Origin: Ochotona princeps
Taxonomy: Eukaryota
DNA length: 64,000 nt
Reading direction: 5' to 3'
Assembly (NCBI RefSeq): GCF_030435755.1
Contig: NC_080843.1
Span: forward strand, 68,670,485-68,734,484
A program made the position numbers and the translations under genes. Below the pieces are notes generated by a model. The model had not been told where the DNA came from. It did no database searches and worked only from the letters and a program-made list of their open reading frames with translations. Below, piece after piece: positions 26,501 through 38,800 of the stretch; the first letter of the stretch is position 1; each line of letters begins with the position of its first letter.

Positions 26501-28329
26501 CAGGAATAGTGTTTGAATTTAGTCTGGTGTCAGCCATCTGCTTCGAAGTTTTGATGAGATTTATTGACTTGAGTTGTCGATGAGGGGAACAGCAGATCAA
26601 AGCCATGGACCAGAAACTATTTTCATGTCTCTCTTGGGGACTCGAGCACTTGGTGCATTTTCTACTTTTTTCTCAGGACACCTTAATGTTTTATGTTTTC
26701 ATCAACCTGGTTTTTAAGTTCCTGTGTCTTTTACTTACTTATTGATTGATTGATTGATTTTTGTTATGGACTGGTTGCTGTCCATAACAGCTGGAGCAGT
26801 ACCACATCTGTAGGACTCAGTTCTCTGGATTCACTCAGCTCCCATGAGCTCTCAATGAACACTTGACATTTCATTGTGATAGTTAGCTGTAGTTTCCTAT
26901 TTGTCTCAAAGTTATTTTCTTTTGTGTAGCACACAAGCACAAAATACCCTGGATGCTGATGTCGGAGTAAGTTAGTAATTTTTTGAAAAAACAACATCAT
27001 TACATTATTAAGCAGATTCAGTTGAGTATCACTATTTATAAAATCTAAACTCTGACAGGCTTTTAAATTTGACAGTTTTTGGATACCTTAAGTTGGAAGT
27101 TTCAAACTTTTGGTGCCAAACGTTGTAGGGAAGGGATGAAATGGCCAGTGTGAATGCTTAGCCGCTGTACCATGGAACTCCATATAAAGTTGCTTAAGCA
27201 ACATGGTCAGTAAGACTGTGCTTGAAATATTGTATAGGCTGCATGAGTATGAGATATTAATACTGTAGAGTAGCTAGACTGCTCCATTGGACATACTAAT
27301 ATCTTAATTATGTAGTGGATGTGGCTAAGACAGAATATAAGCTCTATTCAGTGGACATTTGAGGCAGTCAATGTGTGGTGGCAAGAGGCACTCCTGGCCT
27401 GGCATCTCCACACTGCTATAGGGAAGGAGGCAGAATGGCTCCCCAGAAGAACAGTGAAAAATGATGGCATCAGTGAGACTGGAATCACTTGAAACTCTGC
27501 GTTACATATGTGGGAGACGCAAAGGAAAAATCAACACACCGTATGCGAAATAAGCCCTGAAACCTCTTACATGCCGATGTGCGGGATGTTAGAAGTACTT
27601 AGCTGCTCTCTTAAGACCAGTTGCAATGTGGTATGTTTCTGGTATGGGTCCAATCATTGAGTAGCCTCTGGGAACGAAAGCTGGAGCTGAACATGGAAAG
27701 GAAGGCGGTGGAAACCCAAAGAGGCTGGAAGACTAATCACAAATCCAATTTCTGCTGAAGAAACCAGTAGATTTTTGCCAACACAGTGAAGACGGCTATG
27801 CGTTCCAAATAGACCACTAGTGATTCGGGAGATGCATTTGAAACAATATACACTTGCAGGCAGGAGAGCAGCTGACGCGGAATGGTGATTTGGAAATGGA
27901 TAAATCCAAATGTAATTAACTAGTTACTATTTGGTTGAAGGTGAGGGCGTGTTTGGAAGAAAAAAAAGGCAAAAATGGCTTTATCTAATAAAAAAATTTT
28001 AGTGCTGTTACATAAGGGAGATACATGACTTAAGAATCTTGATGCTTAGGGTGTTTTGCATAGAAAGTGCTACTGGATAGGAACAAAGTTTTAGCTATGA
28101 GTTTCGATTGTCATCAATAAAGAAACCAGTGCAAAGGTTTACACACCCTCTGTATGCATCATTTAGCTGGATCTAAACCTCATTCAGTGTCATTCCAGCT
28201 TTTGAGGTATAGTATCAGTCCATTTTTTTTTTTATATTAACATCTAATAGATATCAGCTACCTTTCAAAATATGTGCAGAATCGACAACATGCTTTTGAG
28301 TTGTTTAGTAATGCATCAGTAGGTGTTTG

Positions 28330-28540
28330 GCTAATGCTCAAGGCGGCCGTGTCCCACTTAGCAATGCCTGGGTTCAGGTCCCAGCACCTGCCAGTGCGGA
28401 TCCTGGCAGGGAGTGGGGTGTCTCCACTAATGTTTTCTGCCTTTCGTGTGGGAGCCCTGGGAGCGGACACAGCCGTGCCAAGGTAGGCACATGCAGGTTG
28501 AACCAACAGAGAGATTTCCCTGTCTCTGATAATACCCGTG
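28330..28540 (+). mobile_element. tRNA-derived SINE fragment, CSINE-like and old
   Basis: ...ggctaatgctcaaggcggccgtgtcccacttagcaatgcctgggttcaggtcccagcacctgcc... Confidence 0.4.
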
Positions 28541-29024
28541 AGACACAGCGGTTACAATCAAGGATGTTACATATTGAAAGCAGTTGCGCTCTCCTCTTTC
28601 CCGGGCACCCAGTACAGCTGTTACTATTCTTGTATGAATCCTTTGAGAAGTTTCTATGGAGTCACGGGTTTATTTATTTGTGTTCTCACACCCTCTGAGG
28701 AGGCATGTGTTGTACACATTCCAACAGTCATGTTGTGAATGATTCTAAGTGCATACAGAAGAGAAATGCTTCATTTTTCTTTTTTTACCTACTTTTTGCC
28801 CATATTCAGTCAATGTTTGAAAAATTTGGCGGAGGGCAGGAAGTTTGCAGAGAGTCCAGTGGGTTAGCCTACTGGCTAAAGTTGTATTAATATTTATATA
28901 TTATATTAATATTATGTATATAAAGTGAGGCTGAATAGGCCTATTCCTGTCAAATGAATATCACCTACTGACAGTCCAGTTAACAATAAAACACATGTGA
29001 CAGTAGTCACAAAAAAAGGTAGTC

Positions 29025-29300
29025 CCGGGCCTGGCATGGTAGCCTGGTGTCTAAAAGTCCTTGCTTGATCGTGCAGGGGTCCCATATGGGCACTGGTTCC
29101 AATCCCGGGAGTCCTGCTTCCCTTCCAGCTCCCTGCTTGTGGCTTGGGAAAGCAGTGGAGGACGGCCGAAGGCTTTGGGACTCTGTACCCATGTGGGAGA
29201 CCCGGAAGAAACTCCCGCTGCTGGCTTCTGATCAACTCAGCCACAGCTGTTGTGATTATTGGGCCCGGGGCAGTTGGGCCGTGTGCTCCTGTCTTCCCGG
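29025..29300 (+). mobile_element. CSINE SINE; its 5' head piece at 28848-28900 is separated by an AT-rich insert
   Basis: ggcctggcatggtagcctggtgtctaaaagtccttgcttgatcgtgcaggggtcccatatgggcactggttccaatcccgggag... Confidence 0.65.
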
Positions 29301-29799
29301 GTGTATTAGCAGGAGCCTGTAAATCAAAGAGCTGGGATTCAAAATACAGTTGGGCTAAGCCAGGCCAAGCCGTCAGCTAGAGTTACAGATTGCTGTCGGG
29401 CTTGGGGGTCACGGTCTCGCCTCTGCTTCAGTAGCTCATGGTGCTGCCATGGAGCCTCTTGGGTACTCTGGCAAGAAACCAGACCGGGAGCCAGGTGGAG
29501 AACCCTACCCAGGTGCTATTAGGTGACATGTAGTAGTATATTTTAACCTGTCCCAGTATGTGTAGAAGATGACATTTTGGACATGTGATGGACATTATGA
29601 GAACTGAGAAAACGAGCTCAAATATAGAGCGTTCCTTAGTGATAGAAGATAATAGGCTCAGTTTCAAATATTTTTCCATTTAAAACATTGTGTCCGTTTT
29701 TTGAGGATAGGAATGGGTATTAGACCTGTGCAAGCAGGTAACTTTAATGGATTTGTTAAATATCAGGTACAGAAAAAAAAACTACAAAATTTAAAAAAA

Positions 29800-30090
29800 A
29801 AATTTTTTTTTTTAATTTTATGTACTTGAAAGAGTGATTGAGATCTTCCATCCATTGGTTCAGTCCCCAAATGGCTGCAGTGGCCAGGGCTGTGCTTCGG
29901 CCAAAGCCAGGAGCCAGGGGCTGCCTCCAGGACCCCCACATGGGTGTGGGACCTAAGCACTGGAGTCGCTTCCTGGGCTTGTTACAGGCACCTTGAGTGG
30001 AAGTGGTCCAGTGGTCGAATCTGTGCCTATATGCAATGTTGGTGTTACAAGCGTTGCCCTTACCTACATTGCCAAAACACTGGTCCCTTG
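29800..30090 (-). mobile_element. CSINE-related SINE, diverged
   Basis: ...gtacttgaaagagtgattgagatcttccatccattggttcagtccccaaatggctgcagtggccaggg... Confidence 0.5.
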
Positions 30091-30409
30091 AGTAATTTCT
30101 ACTGTTACTTGTATTGTAATTTGCCTTTGAATATTAAATTGTATTTGATGCTGAGTATGAGATTTTTAAAATTTACAATCCAAAAAGGATGGATGCTGTA
30201 ACTTTAAACATTTCAAAAGAATTTAGCATGCTGTCGAAGAATTGTTACTCAGTGAATTAGGTAATAATTTTATGAAGACTTCATGGTAAAAGGTAATAAT
30301 TTTTCAAAATTCAAAGTTGTGTCACTTAAGGTAGTAATTAAATATGTATATTGTACTTAAATTTATGTCAAAATAGGATTAAAAGATTTCAAAAGTTTGA
30401 AATCCGCAC

Positions 30410-30738
30410 AGTTTTTTTTTTTTTTTAATTTAAAGATATATTTATTTTTTACTGAAAAGGCAGATTTAGAGAGAGAAAGATCTTCCATACCCTTGTTCAC
30501 TCCCCGGACGGGTACAATGGCTGCAGCTGAGCCCATCCCAAGCCAGGAGCCAGGAACTTCTTTGGGTCTCTCCCGTGGGTGCAGGGTCCCAAGGCTTTGG
30601 GACGTCCTCGACTGCTTTCCCAGACCACAAGCAGGAAGCTGGATGGGGAGTGGAGCTGCCGGGATTAGAACTGGCGCCCATATGGAATACTGCTGCTTAG
30701 AGGTGAAGGATTAGCCAGTTGAGCCATTGCACCAGCCC
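30410..30738 (-). mobile_element. CSINE SINE
   Basis: T13 tail; ...ctgaaaaggcagatttagagagagaaagatcttccatacccttgttcactccccggacgg...ccattgcaccagccc. Confidence 0.75.
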
Positions 30739-30882
30739 CCTGTAGTTTTTCAGAATGCATGTTTTCTGTTAACTTTTGAAGACTTGGTGTATCTAAGTAC
30801 ATGGAATGGGTACAGTATACTCTTAAAAATAGCTCCTTCATTGTAGAGTTATTTCACCATATGTACATTTCTTTTGTTGTTG

Positions 30883-31210
30883 TTTAAGATTTATTTATTT
30901 TTATTACAAAGTCAGATATACAGAGAGGAGGAGAGACAGAGAGGAAGATCTTCTGTCCGATGATTCACTCTTCAAGTGGCCGCAATGACCGGTGCTGCTC
31001 CGATCCGAGGCCGGGAGCCAGGAACTTCTTTCTGGGTCTCCCACACGGGTGCAGTGTCCCAAAGCTTTGGGCCGTCCTCAACTGCTCTCCCAGGCCACAA
31101 GCAGGGAGCTGGATGGGAGAATGGGCTGCTGGGACACGAACTGGTGCCCATATGGGATCCCGGGGCGTTCAAGGCGAGGACTTTAGCCGCTAGGCCACGC
31201 CGCTGGGCCC
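30883..31210 (-). mobile_element. CSINE SINE, near consensus
   Basis: gtttaagatttatttatttttattacaaagtcagatatacagagaggaggagagacagag...ccacgccgctgggccc. Confidence 0.85.
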
Positions 31211-31400
31211 TTATGTTTCAATATTTGGCATAGTTTGGGCTCATTATTTCCCTCAAACATAATGAAGAATAAATTTTTGTTTTTCCCCATGTATATACAT
31301 TTATTGAGTAGCTACTCTGGCAGGATATGGAGCCTCTTCCAGAGAATCTGGAATATTCATTTTCATTTGGGGAAACGGATGCCTCCATTTCATTTGTTTT

Positions 31401-31675
31401 TTTTTTAAAGATTTTATTGTTATTGGAAAGCCGGATATACAGAGAGGAGGAGAGACAGAGAGGAAGATCTTCCGTCCGATGATTCACTCCCCAAGTGAGC
31501 CGCAACGGGCCGATGCGCCAATCCGATGCTGGGAACCAGGAACCTCTTCCGGGTCTCCCACGCGGGTGCAGTGTCCCAAAGCTTTGGGCCGTCCTCGACT
31601 GCTTTCCCAGGCCACAAGCAGGGAGCTGGATGGGAAGTGGAGCTGCTGGGATTAGAACCGGCGCCCTTATGGGAT
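31401..31675 (-). mobile_element. CSINE SINE lacking the tRNA-like head
   Basis: T10 tail; aaagattttattgttattggaaagccggatatacagag...; stops at ...ggcgcccttatgggatt. Confidence 0.8.
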
Positions 31676-31961
31676 TAAAAGGAGAAAGGTGGCCATGTTG
31701 CAGGTGACCGAGTTCCTGAAAGAGGAAACATGTTTAGAGCTAGACGGAAAGTGAAATTCAGCGGAGGGGTGTTGACAACTCAGAGAGCTCGTCCTGTACT
31801 CCAGAAAGTGTATCCCTACCTGTACTTCAGAGAGTCAGAATTTTGTCCTTTGCTACCTCTCAACTTTTTTTCTCCTCCTCGGAACAGAGATTCCAAGATG
31901 TCGTGCAATGCTAGTGTTAATAGCTAACTTTTTTTTTCTATGTACATGAAATTTTAAAAAA

Positions 31962-32200
31962 AGTTATTTGAAAGAGTGAGAGAATGAGGGACAGAAATAC
32001 CTTCATGTGCTGGTTCACTCTGCAGATGGCTGCACACGCTAGGGCAGTGTCAAGCTCCATGAATGAGCTGGTGCTGGGGTTCCCAGGCAGGTGGCAGACG
32101 TACAGCTGCTTCTGCTTTTCCCAGCTGTTGGCCGAGTTGAGTCAGAAGCGGGATAGCTGGTATCTGATCTGGGAGGGATGCCTATGATGAAGGTGGCACA
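31962..32200 (-). mobile_element. CSINE-related SINE, old
   Basis: gttatttgaaagagtgagagaatgagggacagaaatacc...ctggttcactctgcagatggctgcac... Confidence 0.4.
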
Positions 32201-32439
32201 ATAAAGTGTGTGGATAAAGTGCGTATTGTCACCCTCTGCTTCACGTTTCTTCAGTGGCCAGGGCTAGAGCTAGGAGTGCAATCCAAGGCGCCCAGGTGGC
32301 AATCGAGCCCAGTGGCTGGAACATCGCCTCTGCCTCCCAGCGTCTTACCAGGACGCTGGAGGTCAAAGCCAGAGTTGGTATGAAAATAATGTACTTTGTG
32401 TGTGTGGTATGTATATATTTTTTTAAAATTTAAAGATTT

Positions 32440-32905
32440 ATTTATTTTTATCTGAAAGATTCTCAGAGGAGAGAGATCTTTCTCCACTGGTTCACTCCCC
32501 ACTTGGCCACGTTGGCCAGAGCTAGGCCGGTCTGAAGCCAGGAGTCACAAATTTCTGGGTCTTCTACATGGCTCCTGGAACCCAAGGACTTGTTTTCATT
32601 TGAAAGGCAGGTTTACAGATAGGAGCGACAGAAAGATCTTCCTCCCACTTGTTCACTCCCCAAATGACCCAAACGGCTGGAGCTGAGCCAGTCCAAAGCC
32701 AAGAGTTTTTCTGGAATTCCTATGCAGGTTCAGGATCCTGAGGTTTGGGGCCATCCTCTACTGCTTTCTCTATTTATTTTGCTTTGAGCCGTAAGTAGGT
32801 AGTTGGATGGGAAGAGGAGCAGTGAGGACATGAACTTGGACCCGTATGGGATCCCGGTGGATGCAAGGTGAGGATTTAACTAATGAGCCATTGTGCTTGT
32901 CCCTG
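32440..32905 (-). mobile_element. Two adjacent diverged CSINE-related copies (32440-32595 and 32598-32905)
   Basis: aaagatttatttatttttatctgaaagattctcagagg... and ...gaaaggcaggtttacagataggagcgacagaaagatcttcctccc... Confidence 0.5.
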
Positions 32906-33006
32906 GTTTGGGTACTTTAACTGTGTCTTATTCATGAAGGTATGTTTGCCTTGCTTTGAACTTTATACAAATGGGATATTACAATATATGCATTCCAATT
33001 TTTTTT

Positions 33007-33330
33007 GCGGCTCGGTGCAGTAGCCTAGAAGTTAAAATCCTCGCCTCGCATGCACCAGGATCCCATATGGGCACCAGTTCTAATCCCGGCAACCCACTTC
33101 CCATCCAGCTCCCTGCTTGTGGCCTGGGAAAGCAGTGGAGGACGGCCCAAAGCCTTTGGACCCTGCACCCACATGGGAGGCCCGGAAGAGTCTCCAAGCT
33201 TCTGGCTTTGAATTGGCACAGTTCAGCTGTTGCGCCTGCTTGGGGAGTGAATCAGCGAATGGAAATTCTTCCTCTCTGTCTCTCCTCCTTTCTATATATC
33301 TGACTTTCAAATAAAAATTAAACAAAAAAA
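33007..33330 (+). mobile_element. CSINE SINE
   Basis: gcggctcggtgcagtagcctagaagttaaaatcctcgcctcgcatgcaccaggatcccatatgggcaccagttctaatcccggc...tail aaataaaaattaaacaaaaaaa. Confidence 0.8.
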
Positions 33331-33371
33331 CCCTCAAGATAAAAATAAATTTTTCTTTTGTTTAGTAATTT

Positions 33372-33700
33372 TTAAGAGATTTATTTGTTTCAAAGGCAGA
33401 GTTAATGAAAGGGAGAGATCTTCTCTCTGCTGATTCACCCCCCCGAAACTGTTGCAGTGAGTAGTGCTGGACCAGTTTGAAAACAGTAGCTCGGAGGTTC
33501 ATCTAGGATTTCCACAGGGTGATGGGGACGCAAGCACTTGAGCCATATTCTGCTCTGCTTTCCCCAGGCCATTAGAAGCCTGATTCAAAATGGGAACAGC
33601 TGGGATTCGCATTGATTCCCATATGGGATGCTGCTGTTATATGTGCTTGCTTACCTTGTTAGACCACAATGTTGGCACCTTGCTATCCTGTTTTGTGATG
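33372..33700 (-). mobile_element. CSINE-related SINE, diverged
   Basis: tttaagagatttatttgtttcaaaggcagagttaatgaaagggagagatcttctctctgctgattcacccccc... Confidence 0.5.
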
Positions 33701-33744
33701 GCTCCGTAAGCTAATCCTCCACCATGCAAGTGCTATAATCACAT

Positions 33745-33945
33745 TTGGGTGCTGGGTTGTGTCCTGGCGGATCACTTCCCATCCAGCTCCCTGCTTTAGG
33801 CCTGAACCCTTGTCACGCCAATGTGGGAGACCAGGAAGAAGCTCCAGGCTTAACTGTCTCAGCTCCCTCCATTGCGGTCATTTGAATAGTGAACCATCTC
33901 TCCTTCACTATATACCTGCCTTTCTAAAGAAAATAATAAATCGAA
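33745..33945 (+). mobile_element. CSINE, 5'-truncated
   Basis: ...cacttcccatccagctccctgctttaggcctg...ctatatacctgcctttctaaagaaaataataaatcgaaaaaa. Confidence 0.6.
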
Positions 33946-34047
33946 AAAATGTACACATTTTATTTTTTAGGCCAGAATTTTTTTTCTCAATTAAATGAAT
34001 GTGTTTTTTTTAAAGATTTATTTCATATTTTTTATTTATATATATTT

Positions 34048-34372
34048 TTGAAGATTTATTTATTTTTATTACAAAGTCAGATATACAGAGAGACAGAGAG
34101 GAAGATCTTCCGTCCTATGATTAACTCCCCAAGTGACCGCAATGGCCGGTGCTGTGCCGATCCAAAGCCAGGAGCCAGGAGCCAGGAGCTCTTCTGGGTC
34201 TCCCATGCCCGTGCAGGGTCCCTAGGCCTTGGGCCATCCTCGTCTGCTTTCCCAGGCCACAATCAGGGAGCTGGATGGGAAGAAGGGCCGCCGGGGTTAG
34301 AACTGGTGCCCATCTGGGATCCTGGTGCGTTCAAGGCGAGGACTTTAGCTGCTAGGCCACGCTGCCAGGCCC
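34048..34372 (-). mobile_element. CSINE SINE
   Basis: gaagatttatttatttttattacaaagtcagatatacagagagacagagaggaagatcttccgtcc...ccacgctgccaggcccc. Confidence 0.8.
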
Positions 34373-34379
34373 CTTCGTA

Positions 34380-34668
34380 TTTTTTTAATTGGAAAGTTAG
34401 ATATACAGAGAGGAGAGACAGATAGAAAGATCCCCAACTGGCCACAACTGCCGGAGCTGAGCTGATCTGAAGCCAAGAGCTAGGAGCTCTCCTGGGTTTC
34501 CCACAGGGGAACAGTGTCCCAAAGCTGGGCCTTCTTCGACTGCTTTCCCAGGCCACAGGCAGGGAGCTGGATGGGAGGATGGGCTGCTGGACACGAACTG
34601 GTCCCCACATGGGAATCCCAGCACTTGCCAGAGGAGGACTTGAATTCCTAGGCTATTGCTCCTGGCCC
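34380..34668 (-). mobile_element. CSINE SINE, diverged; in tandem with 34048-34372
   Basis: ttttttaattggaaagttagatatacagagaggagagacagatag... Confidence 0.65.
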
Positions 34669-37600
34669 TTGTCAGTGTTGACAATTTGGGATTGTTTCCA
34701 GATTTGGGAATATTGTGATTAAAGATGCTTGCACACATTGTATATGTCATGTTTCTCCTCTTGAAAGTGTGTGGTGTCAGAAGTATAGGGTAAGTGGCGC
34801 TTTAGGAACTGCCTGTTGTGCAGTTATTTCAGTCTCTGGTGGATTTCCATTGCTGTGTCCTTGTTAACCTGTCAGTCATGCTAATTGTATCCATTGTACG
34901 GAGTATGTGGAGCTCTTGTTTTGGTTTAATTGGGATTTTCCTGTTTTCATTTGACATTGAATACCTTTTCATAAACTTTGCTACTCTGTTTTGTTTCTCT
35001 GATCACCCTGCATTCATTGATGTTCTGGTTTCATCACAGTTTCACTGGTGTGTCTTGGATCTGTGACTGACTGATGGAGATTGAATGTGAGCAGTAATGG
35101 TTTTACTAGAATTCTGAAAAGCCAATTGAGGCAAAATCCAGATGTGAACATTCACAATATGTGTTTTTGTTTCTTGAAAAATAACTGCAAAACTGGTGTT
35201 TTCCTGGCTATTTTCGTCAAATTCCCTTGGAAAAATTTGACTTAATTACTGACCTAATTTTTTTCCCTGTATTTGTCACTCAGTCAGACACTATTTCCCT
35301 CCTTGAATGTCACTAGGAATACATCACAAATTTCAGGGAAGACAGAATTATAAGGTAAATTTTTGGCACAAAAGTTTTTGAAATCTATAGATCTTTTAAA
35401 TATAGTTAACGTTTTTGTGAGCTTTTTGAAAGTACAGGTTTCAACATTATTTTGGCCAAAATGAAACTGATCTATTCCATTTTTCCTTCAACTCTTTGAT
35501 GTACTATGCATTTCAAGCTTCTTTTCCATGCTATTATTAATATCCTGTTTCAGTTTTTGCAATTTCTGTTGCACTTTCAACTCAGCTTCATTGTACATTG
35601 GATTAAGTATTTTGTGCATGCCTCCCTTAGAACCTACTTCTGCTTTTATTTTTCTGTTGTACGAATGCTCATAGATACTTCTCAGTTGAACAAGGTATCT
35701 TTAAAGCTGGTCCAATGTTATACATGGTTACATAGTTGAGTATTCCTTTACTAGTGAGGCTGTAATGTACTTTATCACCAAAGTATGTGGCACCAAGCAG
35801 ATATTTTTCACTCTTAGGAAATGGCTAATAGACGTCTTTACCTTAAAAATGTTATTGGATAACAGAGTGACAGATAGGGTGTAAATTCGAGTTTTTCCAC
35901 CTACCAGGAACCAGGAGCTTTGTCCAAGTCTTTTACATGGAAGCTGTGGCCCAGGGATTTGGGTCGGCATCTTCTGCTTTCCTGGGAGCATCAGCAGGGA
36001 GCTGGATCAAAAGTGGAGCATCTGAGATTCAAACCTTTGCCCAGTAGGGAGGCCGGGGCTGCAGGTTCACCACAGTGCTGGTTGCAGGCTTACAGTTTTA
36101 TTCCATGTCACAGAAAAGACTTAAGTAATACTGTTACCTAGTTTTAGGGTTCTGCTTTTTTTTTTTTTTTTTTGGTGCACCTTAACTTTACTGAATGAAG
36201 AAAAAAACTGATTTATGAATGTAGTTGGTTTCGAGTTGGGTTTAGAAGTGGACTCCTGAACTAGTACAATGTCAGTTGCAGGTAGAAATACATAAGGTAA
36301 GCGTGTTGCTTTATGGCATACCATGATTCAAAAGTTCAGAATACTTTTTAAAAGTTCATGGAAAATAGAATTGTAAGATACTCAATTTGCTGCTCCCCCC
36401 GCAAAAAAAGAAAATCCTGGCATACTCTTTTCGTTATCTGCATTGTCCATGAACTTTGGATATCGCTTGTGTTTAAGGCTCTCATGCAGGTGTCCACTCA
36501 CTGGGGAGTATTTGGTTATTATTGATATTCTTAAAGTACTAGCACAATTTTATATATGTAGGAGTGCTATTCAAGAAATTTATGGTATATGTAGATTATG
36601 AAAAGAAGTTACATTGCAAGGTATTCGGCACCAAAATAAGCTTGAAACATTTTAGATTTTTTTTTAATTTGAAAATGAGCCAGGAGTATTTTCTGGGTCC
36701 CCAGGTCTTGGGCCATCCTCTGTTGGCTTCACAGCTGTAAACAGACATCTGGATCAGATGTGGAGCAGCGAGGAAACGAATCTGTGCCCATATGGGTTGC
36801 CGAAGCTACAGGGTGGAAGATTAACACACGGTATCACCATGCCAACCCCACTTACACATTTTTTTCAACCGATTTTCGTTATGTCTGAAAGGTAGAAAAA
36901 GAACTTTCCTGACCATTCCCCAAATGCCAGGGCTGGGACAGGGCAAAGTCAGATCTCAACTTTGTCTTGTTCTCCCATGTTGGAACCATCATTGGGTGCC
37001 TCCCAGGGTGTATATTAGGGAGTTAGAACTGGGAGAGAGCTGAACTCCAGGCATTGAAATATGGGATAGAGACACTGCACGTGGAGTCTTGACTATTATG
37101 AACACCCATGTTTGAAATCAGGCTTTACAAAGCTAAATTTGATTTCATTGTATTTCTAGGGTAATGCAAGAAAACAGGGCTGAAGCAACACTTGGTCACC
37201 GGCTTCCAGAGAAATTTCGAAGCGCCTGAAAAGCAAGAAAGCTGAACATGTGTATTCAGGTCAGTTGGCATGTGTTCCTTATTTTGTCAAAGCTCAAGTA
37301 CTGATTTCCGTTTGCCGTTCTTGCTGATTCCAAATCTCTGGATCGTGTGAACAGACTAGGCCCAGGGTTTTCCTAGACTCCTGCGGATGACACTGCCAGT
37401 CACCAGGGCCTGCCCTGCCAGGTCACTGCCACGCAAGGCTAGCTGGGGTTTAGTCCACTCCAACTTGGAGCCCTCTTTCCTCACTGTTGTCTTTAGTGGA
37501 AAGTGGATTAAGCAGAGAAATGGCCTATGAAAATTATTTTTTTACAATGAAAAAAATGATCTATAATCTTTAAATGATTCTCAGATTTTCAAATTTTAGC

Positions 37601-37784
37601 ATCATGTCTTTGAAAAGTATAACAACATTAGCCGTATTTCTCTCTGCTGTTTGCTGCTATGGACAGGATTCACAATTTCTTTTCTGGGAACATTCAGACT
37701 GATTTGTTTGTGGGATTCCAGTGGAAATATTGCCATCTTAGAAGACTCAGGAAATATTATTTTCAGAATATATATGTATGTATA

Positions 37785-38115
37785 AAAAGATTTATTTTTA
37801 TTTTACTTTTTGTTAGGCAGATTTATACAAAAGAGAGACCCCCTAGAGAAAGAGATTCCTTCCATCCTGCAGTTCACTCCCCGAGTGGTTGTAACGGCTG
37901 GAGCAGAGCCGATCCGAAGCCAGGAGCCAGGAGGTTCTTCTGGGTCTCCCCTGTGGGTGCAGGGTCCCAAGGCCGTGGGCCATTCTCAGCTACTTCTCCA
38001 GTGTGTAAGTAGTGAAGCTGGGTGGGAAGTAGAGCAGCCTGAACAGGAGTGAGTGCACACATGGGTCCTGGAGCCTGGTGAAGGATCAGCCTCTTCCTCC
38101 ACGGCCCATTGTGTT
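37785..38115 (-). mobile_element. CSINE-related SINE, diverged
   Basis: aaaagatttatttttattttactttttgttaggcagatttatacaaaagagag...cagttcactccccgagtggttgtaacggctggagcag... Confidence 0.6.
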
Positions 38116-38481
38116 GCTTTTCTAACATTTTATTGGATGAAGAGAAGTGTTTCCACATTGCTGCATAGGACTTTCAGGAAATGTGGATCTGACTTTGGCA
38201 CAAGAGTCCCACCATGTCAGACCTTCTCCCTGACCTGGTATTTGTAAATACTTTTGTTTCAGAAGCTCTGATGTTTCTGTAGCTTTGAGAAATTTCATGT
38301 TTTAAGAATATTTGGCTTCACACAATGCAGTGCTTCTTAAGCTGTGATCCCTAACCTAGCATTGTCATCTGGGAACTTGCTGGGAAAACACTCCCTCCAA
38401 CCCTGCCTGTGGCCCGGTGGTAATAAAAGCTCTAGGGTAGGATTTTTGTTTTAATGATTAGTTACTTAAAAGAATTACAGA

Positions 38482-38800
38482 GGGCCCAGCACAGTGGCCT
38501 AGTGGCTTAAGTCCTCACCTTGAACACGCTGGGATCCCATATGGGCGCTGGTTCTAATCCTGGCGGCTCCACTTCCCATCCAATTCCCTGTCCTGAGAAA
38601 GCAGTTGAGTACGGCCAAAAGCCTTGGGACCCTGCACTTGCATGGGAGACCTGGAGGAAGTTCCTGGCTCCTGGCTTCAGATCAGCCCAGCTCTGGCCGT
38701 TGAGGCTGCTTGGTGAATGATTGGACAGGTCTTCCTCTCTGTCTCTCCTTTCCGATATATCTGACTTTGCAGTAAAAATAAATAAAAATATTTTTAAAAA
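38482..38800 (+). mobile_element. CSINE SINE
   Basis: gggcccagcacagtggcctagtggcttaagtcctcaccttgaacacgctgggatcccatatgggcgctggttctaatcctggc...tail aaaaataaataaaaatatttttaaaaaa. Confidence 0.8.
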